From: a virus
Taxonomy: Duplodnaviria > Caudoviricetes
Reading direction: 5' to 3' (one strand)
DNA: 29,552 bases
IMG/VR virus record: IMGVR_UViG_3300032227_001784
Span: 1 to 29,552 of that record
Shown: one piece after another, positions 1-8,693 of the stretch
How positions within the stretch are numbered: the first letter of the stretch is position 1
Layout of the letters: each line of letters starts with the position of its first letter
The notes under the pieces: model-generated
The model's database searches: none
Seen by the model: the letters and a program-made list of their open reading frames with translations, nothing else
Told to the model about the DNA's origin: nothing
Translations under genes and position numbers: made by a program

Positions 1-1543
1 CGATGGAAAATTATGGTATGATGTTAATTTAGGCGAAGTTGATATCATGGTCAACACTGGTACGGCCTGGGCTGGTTATTTGAATGTTTATCCTGGCACT
101 GATCCAGCCGGTCCTATTGTGGCTGCTCTCGAACCTACTACACAAAGCGATGGTGCAGCCCTAGTTGACAACGATATTTGGATCAGCACAGCCGATACAG
201 ATAGATACGGCAAAGATGTTTATGTTTACAGTGCCATTTCAAAGAAATGGAATCTACAGGATACAAAAGATCAGGACAGCCCAGACGGATGGGTATTTGC
301 CAATGCTCGTTGGAGTACAACAGGAACCAATGTAGATCCGGCAACTATTGCAAACCTATTGTCCAGCAATTATGTAGACCCAGATGCACCCGATCCTGCT
401 CTATATCCAAGGGGTATTAAATTATGGAACTTACGCCGTTCTGGATACAATGTCAAGCAGTATATGGTGGGTGCAATAGACACCACTGCCAAAAATGATA
501 GATATGGCGATGAAGATATGGCCAACTACAACCCAAATCGTTGGACCTGCGTAAGCGGCACCAACGAAGATGGTAGTGGAGTATTTGGTCGTTTGGCACA
601 GAGAAAGATGGTTGTTAGGGGATTAAAAGCATTCATTGATGCTAATACAGGAATTAGAGATACAGATACCTTGACATTTAACTTGGTTGCTACTCCTGGA
701 TATCCAGAGACCATTGCCAACATGGTGGCATTTAATACAGATATCGGACAAACAGCATTTGTAATCGGAGATGCACCATTTAGATTAGCACCTAATGCAA
801 CTGATCTATCAGCATGGGGCAAGAACACCTCCAATGCCTACGACAACGGCGAAGATGGATTGGTAACATACGACGAATATTTAGGCGTATTTTATCCCAG
901 TGGTTTCACCACAGACAATACCGGTAAGAAAATTGTTGTGCCACCAAGCCATATGATGCTACGCACTATTACCAATAGTGATGCTAAGAGTTATCCATGG
1001 TTCGCACCAGCAGGAACACGCCGGGGCGGCGTTGACAATGCCACATCCGTAGGATACATTGATGGTGAGGGTGAGTTCAAAACAGTAGCACTATATCAAG
1101 CGCTACGTGATGTGTTACAAAATCCAACTGAAAAGATTGCTATTAATCCTATTGCTACATTGCCGGGAGTTGGATTGGTCAATTATGGTCAACAGACTCG
1201 TGCTAAAAATGCCAGTGCATTGGATCGTATCAACGTAGTGAGACTGGTAGCATACTTGAGAAGACAGTTAGGTATATTGGCCAAGCCATTCTTGTTTGAA
1301 CCCAATGATCCACAAACACGTAGGGAAATTAAATCTGCTGCTGAAAGCCTATTAATTGAGTTGGTAGGTCAACGTGCTCTTTATGACTTTATCGTAGTCT
1401 GCGATACTTCGAACAATACTCCTGCAAGAATTGATCGTAGTGAGTTATATATGGATATTGCTATCGAACCAGTTAAGGCCGTGGAATTCATTTATATTCC
1501 ATTGAGAATTAAGAACACTGGTGAAATTGCTACCGGAACATAA
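1..1543 (+). CDS. Contractile tail sheath protein (T4 gp18-like), 5'-truncated by the window edge
   Basis: Frame is open from position 2 (DGKLWYDVNLGEVDIM...), so the ORF-track start at 47 is internal. C-terminal sheath motifs: PWFAPAGTRRG, INPIATLPGVGLVNYGQQT, SALDRINVVRL, FLFEPND, VVCDTSNNTPARIDRSEL, IAIEPVKAVEFIYI. Directly followed by a tail tube gene. Confidence 0.95.
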   Translation, partial: DGKLWYDVNLGEVDIMVNTGTAWAGYLNVYPGTDPAGPIVAALEPTTQSDGAALVDNDIWISTADTDRYGKDVYVYSAISKKWNLQDTKDQDSPDGWVFANARWSTTGTNVDPATIANLLSSNYVDPDAPDPALYPRGIKLWNLRRSGYNVKQYMVGAIDTTAKNDRYGDEDMANYNPNRWTCVSGTNEDGSGVFGRLAQRKMVVRGLKAFIDANTGIRDTDTLTFNLVATPGYPETIANMVAFNTDIGQTAFVIGDAPFRLAPNATDLSAWGKNTSNAYDNGEDGLVTYDEYLGVFYPSGFTTDNTGKKIVVPPSHMMLRTITNSDAKSYPWFAPAGTRRGGVDNATSVGYIDGEGEFKTVALYQALRDVLQNPTEKIAINPIATLPGVGLVNYGQQTRAKNASALDRINVVRLVAYLRRQLGILAKPFLFEPNDPQTRREIKSAAESLLIELVGQRALYDFIVVCDTSNNTPARIDRSELYMDIAIEPVKAVEFIYIPLRIKNTGEIATGT

Positions 1544-1547
1544 CAGG

Positions 1548-1553
1548 TAAATA
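1548..1553 (+). promoter_or_regulatory. T4-late-like promoter box TAAATA upstream of tail tube
   Basis: TAAATA in the intergenic gap, followed by SD AAGGAG (1563-1568) and ATG 1576; T4 late consensus is TATAAATA. Confidence 0.6.
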
Positions 1554-1575
1554 ATAAGAATAAAGGAGCATCCAG

Positions 1576-2214
1576 ATGCCAATCGCAAGTTTAAATAGAT
1601 TTACAGTGCCTTTATCAACTAACCAAAGTAGTAATACTCAAGGTTTGTTGATGCCCAAGCTGAAATATCGTTTTCGAGTTACGTTTGATAATTTCGGAGT
1701 TGCCGGCGCACCCAGCACAGAAATGACCAAACAAGTTATGAATGCAGGTCGCCCGTCGGTTAGTTTTGAAGAAATCAAACTTAGTGTTTATAACAGTACA
1801 GTTAAATTGGCTGGTCGTCATAGCTTCCAGGATACCAAAGTGGTTCTACGCGATGATGTTACTGGTGCTGTTACTAGAAAAGTTGGTGAGCAACTACAGA
1901 AACAATTTGATTTCTATGAGCAAAGTGGCGCAGCATCTGGAATTGACTACAAGTTTAGAATGCGTGTTGAAATCACCGACGGCGGAAATGGTGCCTATGA
2001 GCCAACCAGCTTGGAAAGTTTTGAATTCCTAGGTTGCTTTATTAAACAAGCCGAATACCAAGGTGGCGATTATACCAGCAATGACCCAATGGACATTTCA
2101 TTGACTATTACCTATGATAATGCTATCCAACTAACTCGCCCAGGCGGAGATCGTACTGCTGGATTAGGTGTCGATGTAGGACGCACAATACGTACATTGG
2201 CCCTAGGCGGTTAA
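1576..2214 (+). CDS. Tail tube protein (T4 gp19-like)
   Basis: Follows the sheath; tube-like pattern PKLKYRFRVTF...RPSVSFEEI...KLAGRHSF...LRDD...FEFLGCF...ISLTITYDNA; strong SD. Confidence 0.88.
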   Translation: MPIASLNRFTVPLSTNQSSNTQGLLMPKLKYRFRVTFDNFGVAGAPSTEMTKQVMNAGRPSVSFEEIKLSVYNSTVKLAGRHSFQDTKVVLRDDVTGAVTRKVGEQLQKQFDFYEQSGAASGIDYKFRMRVEITDGGNGAYEPTSLESFEFLGCFIKQAEYQGGDYTSNDPMDISLTITYDNAIQLTRPGGDRTAGLGVDVGRTIRTLALGG

Positions 2215-2232
2215 TAAATCGTTTTTATCAAC

Positions 2233-2262
2233 AAAGGCCTGGCTTAAAAACCGGGCCTTTTT
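2233..2262 (+). terminator. Rho-independent terminator after tail tube
   Basis: AAAGGCCTGG-cttaaaaa-CCGGGCCTTT stem (one G:U pair) followed by a T run. Confidence 0.85.
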
Positions 2263-2269
2263 ATTTGAC

Positions 2270-2275
2270 TAAATA
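2270..2275 (+). promoter_or_regulatory. Late-type TAAATA box, 5 nt before ATG
   Basis: TAAATA-tcagc-ATG(2281), just after the terminator, no SD. Confidence 0.7.
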
Positions 2276-2280
2276 TCAGC

Positions 2281-3378
2281 ATGAGTAATGCATTTACAAA
2301 CTTTTTAGGTGGTGTAGCCAGCGGATTGCTTGGCAAGAGCGACGGTGATCTTAGAGATTACCAACATGCCAATCGTTTATATGTTCAAAATAACTACGAT
2401 AGATCACCTAAAGTAGGGTTCATATACTTTGTAAATTTCAATGTTAATAAAAATATCATTAATAAATTAGATCCCTCGTACATAGCAAGGGGACTTAATG
2501 ATATAGGATTCTTGGCCAAGAAGGTAGACCTGCCTAAGTTTAAAATCAACACCGAAACACTTAATCAATATAATAGAAAAACAGTTGTTCAAACTAAAAT
2601 TCAATATAACGAAATTAATATCGAATTTCATGATGACAACAACAATGCCACAACAAATCTTTGGAAAAATTATTATAACTACTATTACTTTGATGGCAAG
2701 TATGGACAGGCTAGAGCAGCAGATGGTAGAATATTAGAATTTACAGATACAAAATATGGCATTACTGACTATGCTTACGGACTGAATAATTTTCAAGATA
2801 AAAATTTTTTTGATAGCATAGATATCTATGTATTACATAAAAAACGTTTTACACAATTCACACTAATTAATCCAAAAATATCTGATTGGGCACATGATAA
2901 TCTATCCCAAGACGAGTCGGGAAAAATACTTGCCAATAAAATGTCTTTGGTCTACGAGGGTGTTGTATACAGACAGGGTAAAATCAAGAAAAACGACGGC
3001 TCCGGGAGATTTAGTGCTGTATATTATGATAATACTCCAAGCCCAATAAGAACCGGCGGAGGATTATTAGGAGCTATAGCAGGAGCCAACGATATATTTG
3101 GCGAGGACGGAACACTGGCTAATGCTAAAAGCCCATTGGACTTCTTGGGTGTTGCACTACAAACTAGAGACCTGGTAAAAAATGTTGGACAACTTAATAA
3201 GGCAGGTTTAAGACAAGAAGGTTATAGCATATTATCCGGGGCACTGAGCAATATATCGTCAACCGGTAATCAACCCGGCGGTGTTAGAAATGATATCAAT
3301 ACAGGATTAACTATAGCCGGGACCACAATACAAGAATCTGTAATCAAGGCCAAAGCTGTTGTTTTTCCAAGAACATAA
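2281..3378 (+). CDS. Tail-tube-fold baseplate/tube initiator protein (T4 gp54/gp48-like)
   Basis: KKVDLPKFKINTETLNQYNRK...QYNEINIEFHDD and FTLINPKISDW...MSLVYE parallel the gp19 fold; adjacent to the tube gene; Gly-rich C-terminal tail. Confidence 0.65.
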   Translation: MSNAFTNFLGGVASGLLGKSDGDLRDYQHANRLYVQNNYDRSPKVGFIYFVNFNVNKNIINKLDPSYIARGLNDIGFLAKKVDLPKFKINTETLNQYNRKTVVQTKIQYNEINIEFHDDNNNATTNLWKNYYNYYYFDGKYGQARAADGRILEFTDTKYGITDYAYGLNNFQDKNFFDSIDIYVLHKKRFTQFTLINPKISDWAHDNLSQDESGKILANKMSLVYEGVVYRQGKIKKNDGSGRFSAVYYDNTPSPIRTGGGLLGAIAGANDIFGEDGTLANAKSPLDFLGVALQTRDLVKNVGQLNKAGLRQEGYSILSGALSNISSTGNQPGGVRNDINTGLTIAGTTIQESVIKAKAVVFPRT

Positions 3379-3381
3379 ATT

Positions 3382-4656
3382 ATGCCAAATATCTATAGTA
3401 ATCTTCCCTTAAAATCTACAGAGAATCAAAATGCCACTGTTCTGGCATTTGATAATTATTACGAAAAACCTCTTGAATTAGATGGCAATACTTTTGAAGC
3501 AATGAAATCATTCTTTACTAGTAGAGGATTTGAAACCAGTGCTGCTGAATCAGTAGTTGTTGTTATAATTAAACAGGCCAAAAAAGACGGCTACAATCCT
3601 ATGGAAATATTAGATACTCTAAAAGGATTGAACAATGTAGAGATCAGCGCATTGGTATCTGAAATTGTTAATAATAACAGAATAAAAACCAGTTTCTTAG
3701 GTTACGGCTTGGCTTTTGAACCCAACTTCGAGGTAGCAAGAAACATAATAAACAATAAAGTAAAAAGATCGCCCCCGACATATATAATTACTAAGTCTAG
3801 GGAAATCGTAGACGAAGGACAACAGATAACATTTTTAATAACCACAGAAAATGTAAAAGATAATACAATTTTTTACTGGACATTATCGGGAACAGGTATT
3901 ACTTCTGGAGACATTACAGGAGGCCAGTTAAGCGGAACGACTGTAATATCTAATTCAACTGCCTCGGTTACTGTCACCCTAGCACTAGACTCACTGACAG
4001 AAGGCAACGAAATTTTAGTATTTGAATTAAGAAAACGATTTGTTTCGGGCCCTGTTGTAGCATCGTCTAATGTTACTGTAAATGACATATCTTTTGCAAC
4101 CTTGGCAGATTATATGGTAATAGAATATACATTTACAACAGGTCTTGATTTAGATTCAAAAACTCGTTTAGCAGTACCATCTGTTGCTGCTAGCAACGGA
4201 AAATTATATGTGGGGTGGAGACAAGCAACAGGGGTACCAAATGCTGATTTTGAGTTCCCTAATCCTAATATATTAAGTTGGGGTGGAGACAACATAGGTG
4301 TAGGACGTGAGTCTGCTGTATTTGATTTTAATGAATTTAAACGATTATATCCCACTACAAACAATATAGTAATTGATTGTAGAGCACTATGGTACCGTGA
4401 AGTTTCACCAGACCCAGTTGGACTAAAGATTACATTATACCAAGGTGGCACAATACAAAAAACATCAGACGAGTATGGATTTGAAAACCCTACAGCAACA
4501 TCCAGCATTGTGTTAGATCTTACACTAAAATATATTACACTCTTCACGCAAGACCCCGAGTCAGTTGGAGATCGTATAGCAACTGTTAAGTATAATCTGT
4601 TGACAGGTGTTGGCTCGGTTGACTCTACCGATGATACCATATACCCACACCCATGA
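3382..4656 (+). CDS. Putative virion protein: helical N-terminal domain fused to a Calx-beta/Ig-like domain and a C-terminal beta domain
   Basis: About aa 134-236 (VDEGQQITFLITT...YWTLSG...D...ASVTVTLALDSLTEGNEILVFEL...VTVND) fits the Calx-beta/Ig pattern; C-terminal region has DLD...WGGDN.G.G.E. Confidence 0.6.
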   Translation: MPNIYSNLPLKSTENQNATVLAFDNYYEKPLELDGNTFEAMKSFFTSRGFETSAAESVVVVIIKQAKKDGYNPMEILDTLKGLNNVEISALVSEIVNNNRIKTSFLGYGLAFEPNFEVARNIINNKVKRSPPTYIITKSREIVDEGQQITFLITTENVKDNTIFYWTLSGTGITSGDITGGQLSGTTVISNSTASVTVTLALDSLTEGNEILVFELRKRFVSGPVVASSNVTVNDISFATLADYMVIEYTFTTGLDLDSKTRLAVPSVAASNGKLYVGWRQATGVPNADFEFPNPNILSWGGDNIGVGRESAVFDFNEFKRLYPTTNNIVIDCRALWYREVSPDPVGLKITLYQGGTIQKTSDEYGFENPTATSSIVLDLTLKYITLFTQDPESVGDRIATVKYNLLTGVGSVDSTDDTIYPHP

Positions 4657-5099
4657 GTTTGAAATTTGCGCAAGGTATTTTTACACCTAAACATCCTGAA
4701 AAATATGTCGGGTCTCGACTCCCATATTGTCGCAGCAGTTGGGAAACCACCTTCTGTATGTTTTGCGACAACAATCCATCAGTACAACAATGGTCAAGCG
4801 AACCTGTAAAAATTCCCTATCGAGATCCACTAACTGGAAAACAAACAGTCTACGTGCCAGATTTTTTAATATCCTATATAGATCGTCTTCAAAAGAAACA
4901 TGTGGAAATGGTGGAAATTAAACCGGCCAATCAAATGATAAAAGAACGTGTAGGAAAGAATCCCTATAACCAAGCACAGTTTGTTAAAAATCAAGCTAAA
5001 TGGGCTGCTGCTTCAGCATGGTGTCAGCAACAAGGTATAAAGTTTAGAATAATCAACGAACATGACCTTTTTGTTGGAACCGGAAATAAAAAGAGATAA
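4653..5099 (+). CDS. Head completion nuclease (T4 gp4-like, TnsA-type PD-(D/E)xK fold)
   Basis: HPEKYVG...RSSWE..F...CDNNPSVQQWSSE...IPY...YVPDF...VEIKP...NQAKWAAA..WC...G.KFRIINE. Confidence 0.9.
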   Translation: MSLKFAQGIFTPKHPEKYVGSRLPYCRSSWETTFCMFCDNNPSVQQWSSEPVKIPYRDPLTGKQTVYVPDFLISYIDRLQKKHVEMVEIKPANQMIKERVGKNPYNQAQFVKNQAKWAAASAWCQQQGIKFRIINEHDLFVGTGNKKR

Positions 5100-5107
5100 T
5101 TAAAAAT

Positions 5108-5587
5108 ATGACTAAAAGATTGGAAGAAATTTTGAACATTGAACCCGATAACACCCCTTATATAGATCCCAAGGATGTTAAACCCGCCGATATACCGGTA
5201 ATCAGTTTGGAAGATCGACTGGAAGAGTTTGACAAAATTGCCGCCGCACTGCCCAGAGTTAAAGGACTGGGCGATATCAGCGATGCCGAACTAGATGGGT
5301 TGGCAGGCAAGGCAGAACAGGCCTATGATGATCTGATGGATCTAGGAATGAATGTAGATCCAAGGTTTGGTGCTAGAATGTTTGAAGTGGCAGCACAAAT
5401 GATGAATGCTGCTATCACAGCCAAAACCAACAAGATTGATAAAAAACTAAAGATGGTTGATCTGCAGTTGAAAAAACTGGCCATAGAGAAAAAGCATGGC
5501 GGAGAAAATACCACAGTGGAAGGCGAAGGCTATATTTTAACAGACCGTAATAGCATCTTGGAAAAACTTAAGAATCTTAATAAATAA
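5108..5587 (+). CDS. Putative terminase small subunit (T4 gp16-like)
   Basis: 159-aa helical protein with PRFGARMFEVAAQMMNAA, similar to the gp16 PR.YEV...L core; upstream of terL; preceded by variant box TAATTA-N5-ATG (5097-5102). Confidence 0.6.
   Translation: MTKRLEEILNIEPDNTPYIDPKDVKPADIPVISLEDRLEEFDKIAAALPRVKGLGDISDAELDGLAGKAEQAYDDLMDLGMNVDPRFGARMFEVAAQMMNAAITAKTNKIDKKLKMVDLQLKKLAIEKKHGGENTTVEGEGYILTDRNSILEKLKNLNK
5581..5586 (+). promoter_or_regulatory. Late-type TAAATA box, 5 nt before ATG
   Basis: TAAATA-atact-ATG(5592), overlapping the upstream gene end, no SD. Confidence 0.65.
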
Positions 5588-5591
5588 TACT

Positions 5592-6182
5592 ATGTCTAAA
5601 TCATTTAAAGAATATCTATCAGAGAATAAAAAGCAATACGATTTTCGTGTAAAAATCGCTGGCGACTTTACTACGGAACAGGAATCGTCTCTTAAATCTC
5701 TACTGGGAAGATATCAGTTATCTGGGTTTAAGAAAACCTCAAAAACTCCTATTCAAGAACTGCCATTGGATTTTCCCAGTATTAAAAATGCCGAGGTCAA
5801 TATCTATGAGGTCACGCTGGACTATCCTACTACACAGCAGGAGCTCACAGAATACCTTGCTACTGAGTTGGGTGTAGGTAAACCGCGTTTAGTGGTACGT
5901 CGTCCCGGAGAGCCCAGTGAAGAATATCAGGAACCAGTAGAACCGCACGAAGGTGCTCTATTAGATGATCCTGATTATAAAGAAGCAGCAAATGCCCAGT
6001 TTGAAGACTATTATGGCGACAAATACAATAGTGGATTTGTTAAAGAACTAAACGATATTTTAAAACTACAACGCAAAGCCCGAGGCGAAGAAATACCTGC
6101 TACAGAATCGGTTAAATACAACACCGACAGTACAGGCAATACCGCAAGCATTTTAAAAACTGCTCCGGATCCAAGGAAATAA
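5592..6182 (+). CDS. Hypothetical protein with capsid-targeting-like N-terminus (putative head-internal protein)
   Basis: N-terminus MSKSFKEYLSE resembles the T4 internal-protein capsid targeting sequence MKTYQEFIAE; late-type box upstream. Confidence 0.6.
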   Translation: MSKSFKEYLSENKKQYDFRVKIAGDFTTEQESSLKSLLGRYQLSGFKKTSKTPIQELPLDFPSIKNAEVNIYEVTLDYPTTQQELTEYLATELGVGKPRLVVRRPGEPSEEYQEPVEPHEGALLDDPDYKEAANAQFEDYYGDKYNSGFVKELNDILKLQRKARGEEIPATESVKYNTDSTGNTASILKTAPDPRK

Positions 6183-6186
6183 AATT

Positions 6187-7035
6187 ATGCAAATGATTGA
6201 TGTATTAAAGCGATTAGCCGAATTGGATTCCGCTAACCCCAATGTAATTCGCGAAGGGCAATCAAGTCCCGAACTACAACAATTACTGGCCATGCAACAG
6301 AAGTATCGTGGCACACCATACGAACAACAACTAAACAAGCGTGTTGCCAGTCAGCAATGGAGAGATGCCAATGGTAAAGGCGCTCCCGTTGACCCATCTG
6401 GTCGCCCTGTTCCTGTGTTGAGCCCGGAAGAATTTGAAAAAAAGAATCCTAATTTTCTTAAAACCAGTTCCGCAGGTGGTATGCCAACTGCCGATGCAAC
6501 CAATCAAACTGCACTGAGCGAAAGTTTAGATCTAGCAGAATGCGGCATGATGCCTATGCCAGGAATGGGTGGGCAATCACATACTCCTGCCAGTATTTCT
6601 ATGACAGCCAACAGTGGTCCTGAACTCAGCGGCATGTTAGCGGATATTATGAAACTAGCAGGTGTTCATCAAGTTGAACCTGCTCATTTGGGTATTGAAC
6701 CCGAACACGATCACGGTGCTGAAGTAATTTCATCTGAACCCATCGAACTAGACGGTGGCGACGAAACCGAAATCATGCGCAGTATGATGGACCGCATGAA
6801 TGGCGAAATGGACGGCGGCGACGAAATGGGTGATAAAGAAACAGCCGAGGGCATGTATGACAACAGCCCCAATGGCCCCGAACCCGAACAGTCATTTGAC
6901 GCCAACCAGTATGCACACCAAGAAAACCAACCCGGTCAAGGTGATCGTATGGATGGTAATATGCCTCGAGCATTTGCTACCATGGAAGAAAAATTGATGG
7001 CAGACTGGAAACAGTTCGTGACCGAAAATCGTTAA
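6187..7035 (+). CDS. Acidic low-complexity hypothetical protein (putative prohead core/internal protein)
   Basis: SD AAGGA; rich in D/E/M/G; several (L/I/V)-x-E sites (IRE-G, LSE-S, LAE-C, VTE-N) and a DIMKLAGV motif. Confidence 0.6.
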   Translation: MQMIDVLKRLAELDSANPNVIREGQSSPELQQLLAMQQKYRGTPYEQQLNKRVASQQWRDANGKGAPVDPSGRPVPVLSPEEFEKKNPNFLKTSSAGGMPTADATNQTALSESLDLAECGMMPMPGMGGQSHTPASISMTANSGPELSGMLADIMKLAGVHQVEPAHLGIEPEHDHGAEVISSEPIELDGGDETEIMRSMMDRMNGEMDGGDEMGDKETAEGMYDNSPNGPEPEQSFDANQYAHQENQPGQGDRMDGNMPRAFATMEEKLMADWKQFVTENR

Positions 7036-7054
7036 AAGATAATGCAACTCGATC

Positions 7055-7080
7055 AAAAAGCCTCTTCGGAGGCTTTTTTT
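7055..7080 (+). terminator. Rho-independent terminator with C(UUCG)G tetraloop, possibly bidirectional
   Basis: AAAAA-GCCTC-TTCG-GAGGC-TTTTTTT; UUCG loops are typical of T4-like terminators. Confidence 0.92.
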
Positions 7081-7083
7081 ATG

Positions 7084-7089
7084 TAAATA
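7084..7089 (+). promoter_or_regulatory. Late-type TAAATA box, 5 nt before terL ATG
   Basis: TAAATA-aaatt-ATG(7095), just after the terminator, no SD. Confidence 0.7.
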
Positions 7090-7094
7090 AAATT

Positions 7095-8681
7095 ATGGCC
7101 AAGAAAGACAACGAATATAAACTGGTTAAAACACCATATAGTCAGATTCAATACACCGAACAGATGATTGAGGAACTGGCGAGGTGTAAAGACCCTGTCA
7201 ACGGCCCGCATTACTTTTTAGATAATTTTTTCTTCATACAACACCCAGTAAAGGGTAAACTAAAATACGAAGCATTTGAATATCAACGCAGACTGATTGA
7301 CAGTTATCACGATCACAGATTTAATGTAAACCTACTACCCAGACAAACAGGTAAAACCACTACAGCAGCAGGCTATTTGTTATGGTATGCCATGTTTGTA
7401 GACAACAGTACCATACTGGTAGCAGCACATAAACACACAGGTGCTCAAGAGATCATGTTGCGTGTCCGTTATGCTTATGAACTTTGTCCCGATCATATTC
7501 GTGCAGGCTGTACCAGTTATAACAAACAAAGTATTGAGTTTGACAACGGCAGTCGTATTGTGGCACAGACCACCACAGAAACAACAGGCCGAGGTATGAG
7601 CTTGTCATTATTATACGCCGACGAGTTTGCATTCGTACCCCCAAACATTGCCAGTGAATTCTGGACCTCCATCTCTCCTACCCTAGCCACTGGTGGTAAG
7701 GCCATTATTACATCAACACCTAACAGTGATGAAGACCAGTTTGCGCAGATTTGGCACGAAGCCAACAAACGTTTTGATGAGCATGGCAACAGCACAGAAA
7801 CAGGTAAGAATGGATTCTTTCCATTTAAGGCACACTGGAGCGAACATCCTGAGCGAGATGAAGAATGGGCCGAAGTAGAGCGCAGTCGCATCGGGGAAGA
7901 ACGATTTAGGCGTGAACATGATTGCGAATTTTTGGTATTCGATGAAACACTAATCAGTAGTATTAAACTGGCTGGACTAGAAGGCAAGGAGCCCATAATG
8001 AAAATGGGCCAATGCCGTTGGTATAAAAAGATCAATCCCAAGCACACATATCTAGTAGCGCTGGATCCTAGTTTAGGAACCGGTGGAGATCCGGCGGCTA
8101 TACAGGTCATAGAATTACCTAGTTTCGATCAAGTAGGTGAATGGCATCACAACCTTACCCCTGTACAGGGGCAAGTGCGAGTATTAAGAGATATTTGCAA
8201 CTATATTAATGGCGAATGTGCAAGGAAAGGTGCCACACCCAGTCTATATTATAGTATTGAAAATAACAGTATAGGTGAAGCAGCATTGGTAGCCATGGAT
8301 GAAATAGGTGAGGAAAGTGTCCCTGGATTATTTTTAAGTGAACCGGTTAAGCGCGGTCATGTACGCAGATTCCGCAGAGGATTCAACACCACACATAATA
8401 GTAAGATATCGGCCTGTGCCAAGTTAAAGCACTTGATCGAAAGCAATAGAATGACAATCAACAGTAAACCACTGATCAGCGAATTAAAAACCTATGTGGC
8501 CAAGGCACTGACTTTTGTTGGCAAATCTGGAACACATGACGATCTAGTCAGTAGTTTGCTATTGGCTATACGCATGGCCATGACACTGCAAGAATGGGAT
8601 CCTAGTATCTACGATAAACTGAGAGAAGAAGCCGAGGATGAATGGATCATGCCTATGCCTATCTATGTAAATACATTTTGA
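7095..8681 (+). CDS. terL: Terminase large subunit (T4 gp17-like)
   Basis: Walker A PRQTGKTT, Walker B LLYADEFAF, coupling motif ITSTPN, RNase H-like nuclease motifs VALDPSLG and HDDLV; uninterrupted. Confidence 0.96.
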   Translation: MAKKDNEYKLVKTPYSQIQYTEQMIEELARCKDPVNGPHYFLDNFFFIQHPVKGKLKYEAFEYQRRLIDSYHDHRFNVNLLPRQTGKTTTAAGYLLWYAMFVDNSTILVAAHKHTGAQEIMLRVRYAYELCPDHIRAGCTSYNKQSIEFDNGSRIVAQTTTETTGRGMSLSLLYADEFAFVPPNIASEFWTSISPTLATGGKAIITSTPNSDEDQFAQIWHEANKRFDEHGNSTETGKNGFFPFKAHWSEHPERDEEWAEVERSRIGEERFRREHDCEFLVFDETLISSIKLAGLEGKEPIMKMGQCRWYKKINPKHTYLVALDPSLGTGGDPAAIQVIELPSFDQVGEWHHNLTPVQGQVRVLRDICNYINGECARKGATPSLYYSIENNSIGEAALVAMDEIGEESVPGLFLSEPVKRGHVRRFRRGFNTTHNSKISACAKLKHLIESNRMTINSKPLISELKTYVAKALTFVGKSGTHDDLVSSLLLAIRMAMTLQEWDPSIYDKLREEAEDEWIMPMPIYVNTF

Positions 8682-8689
8682 TATAAATA
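8682..8689 (+). promoter_or_regulatory. Perfect T4 late promoter consensus TATAAATA
   Basis: TATAAATA-caag-ATG(8694). Confidence 0.75.
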
Positions 8690-8693
8690 CAAG

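Noticed and set aside
4653-5099. TnsA transposase or mobile element
   Set aside because: The fold is shared with T4 gp4; the context is morphogenetic and no other transposon genes or ends are present.
6751-6826. 16-nt near-direct repeat GACGG(T/C)GGCGACGAAA
   Set aside because: Explained by a duplicated DGGDE peptide in a low-complexity region.
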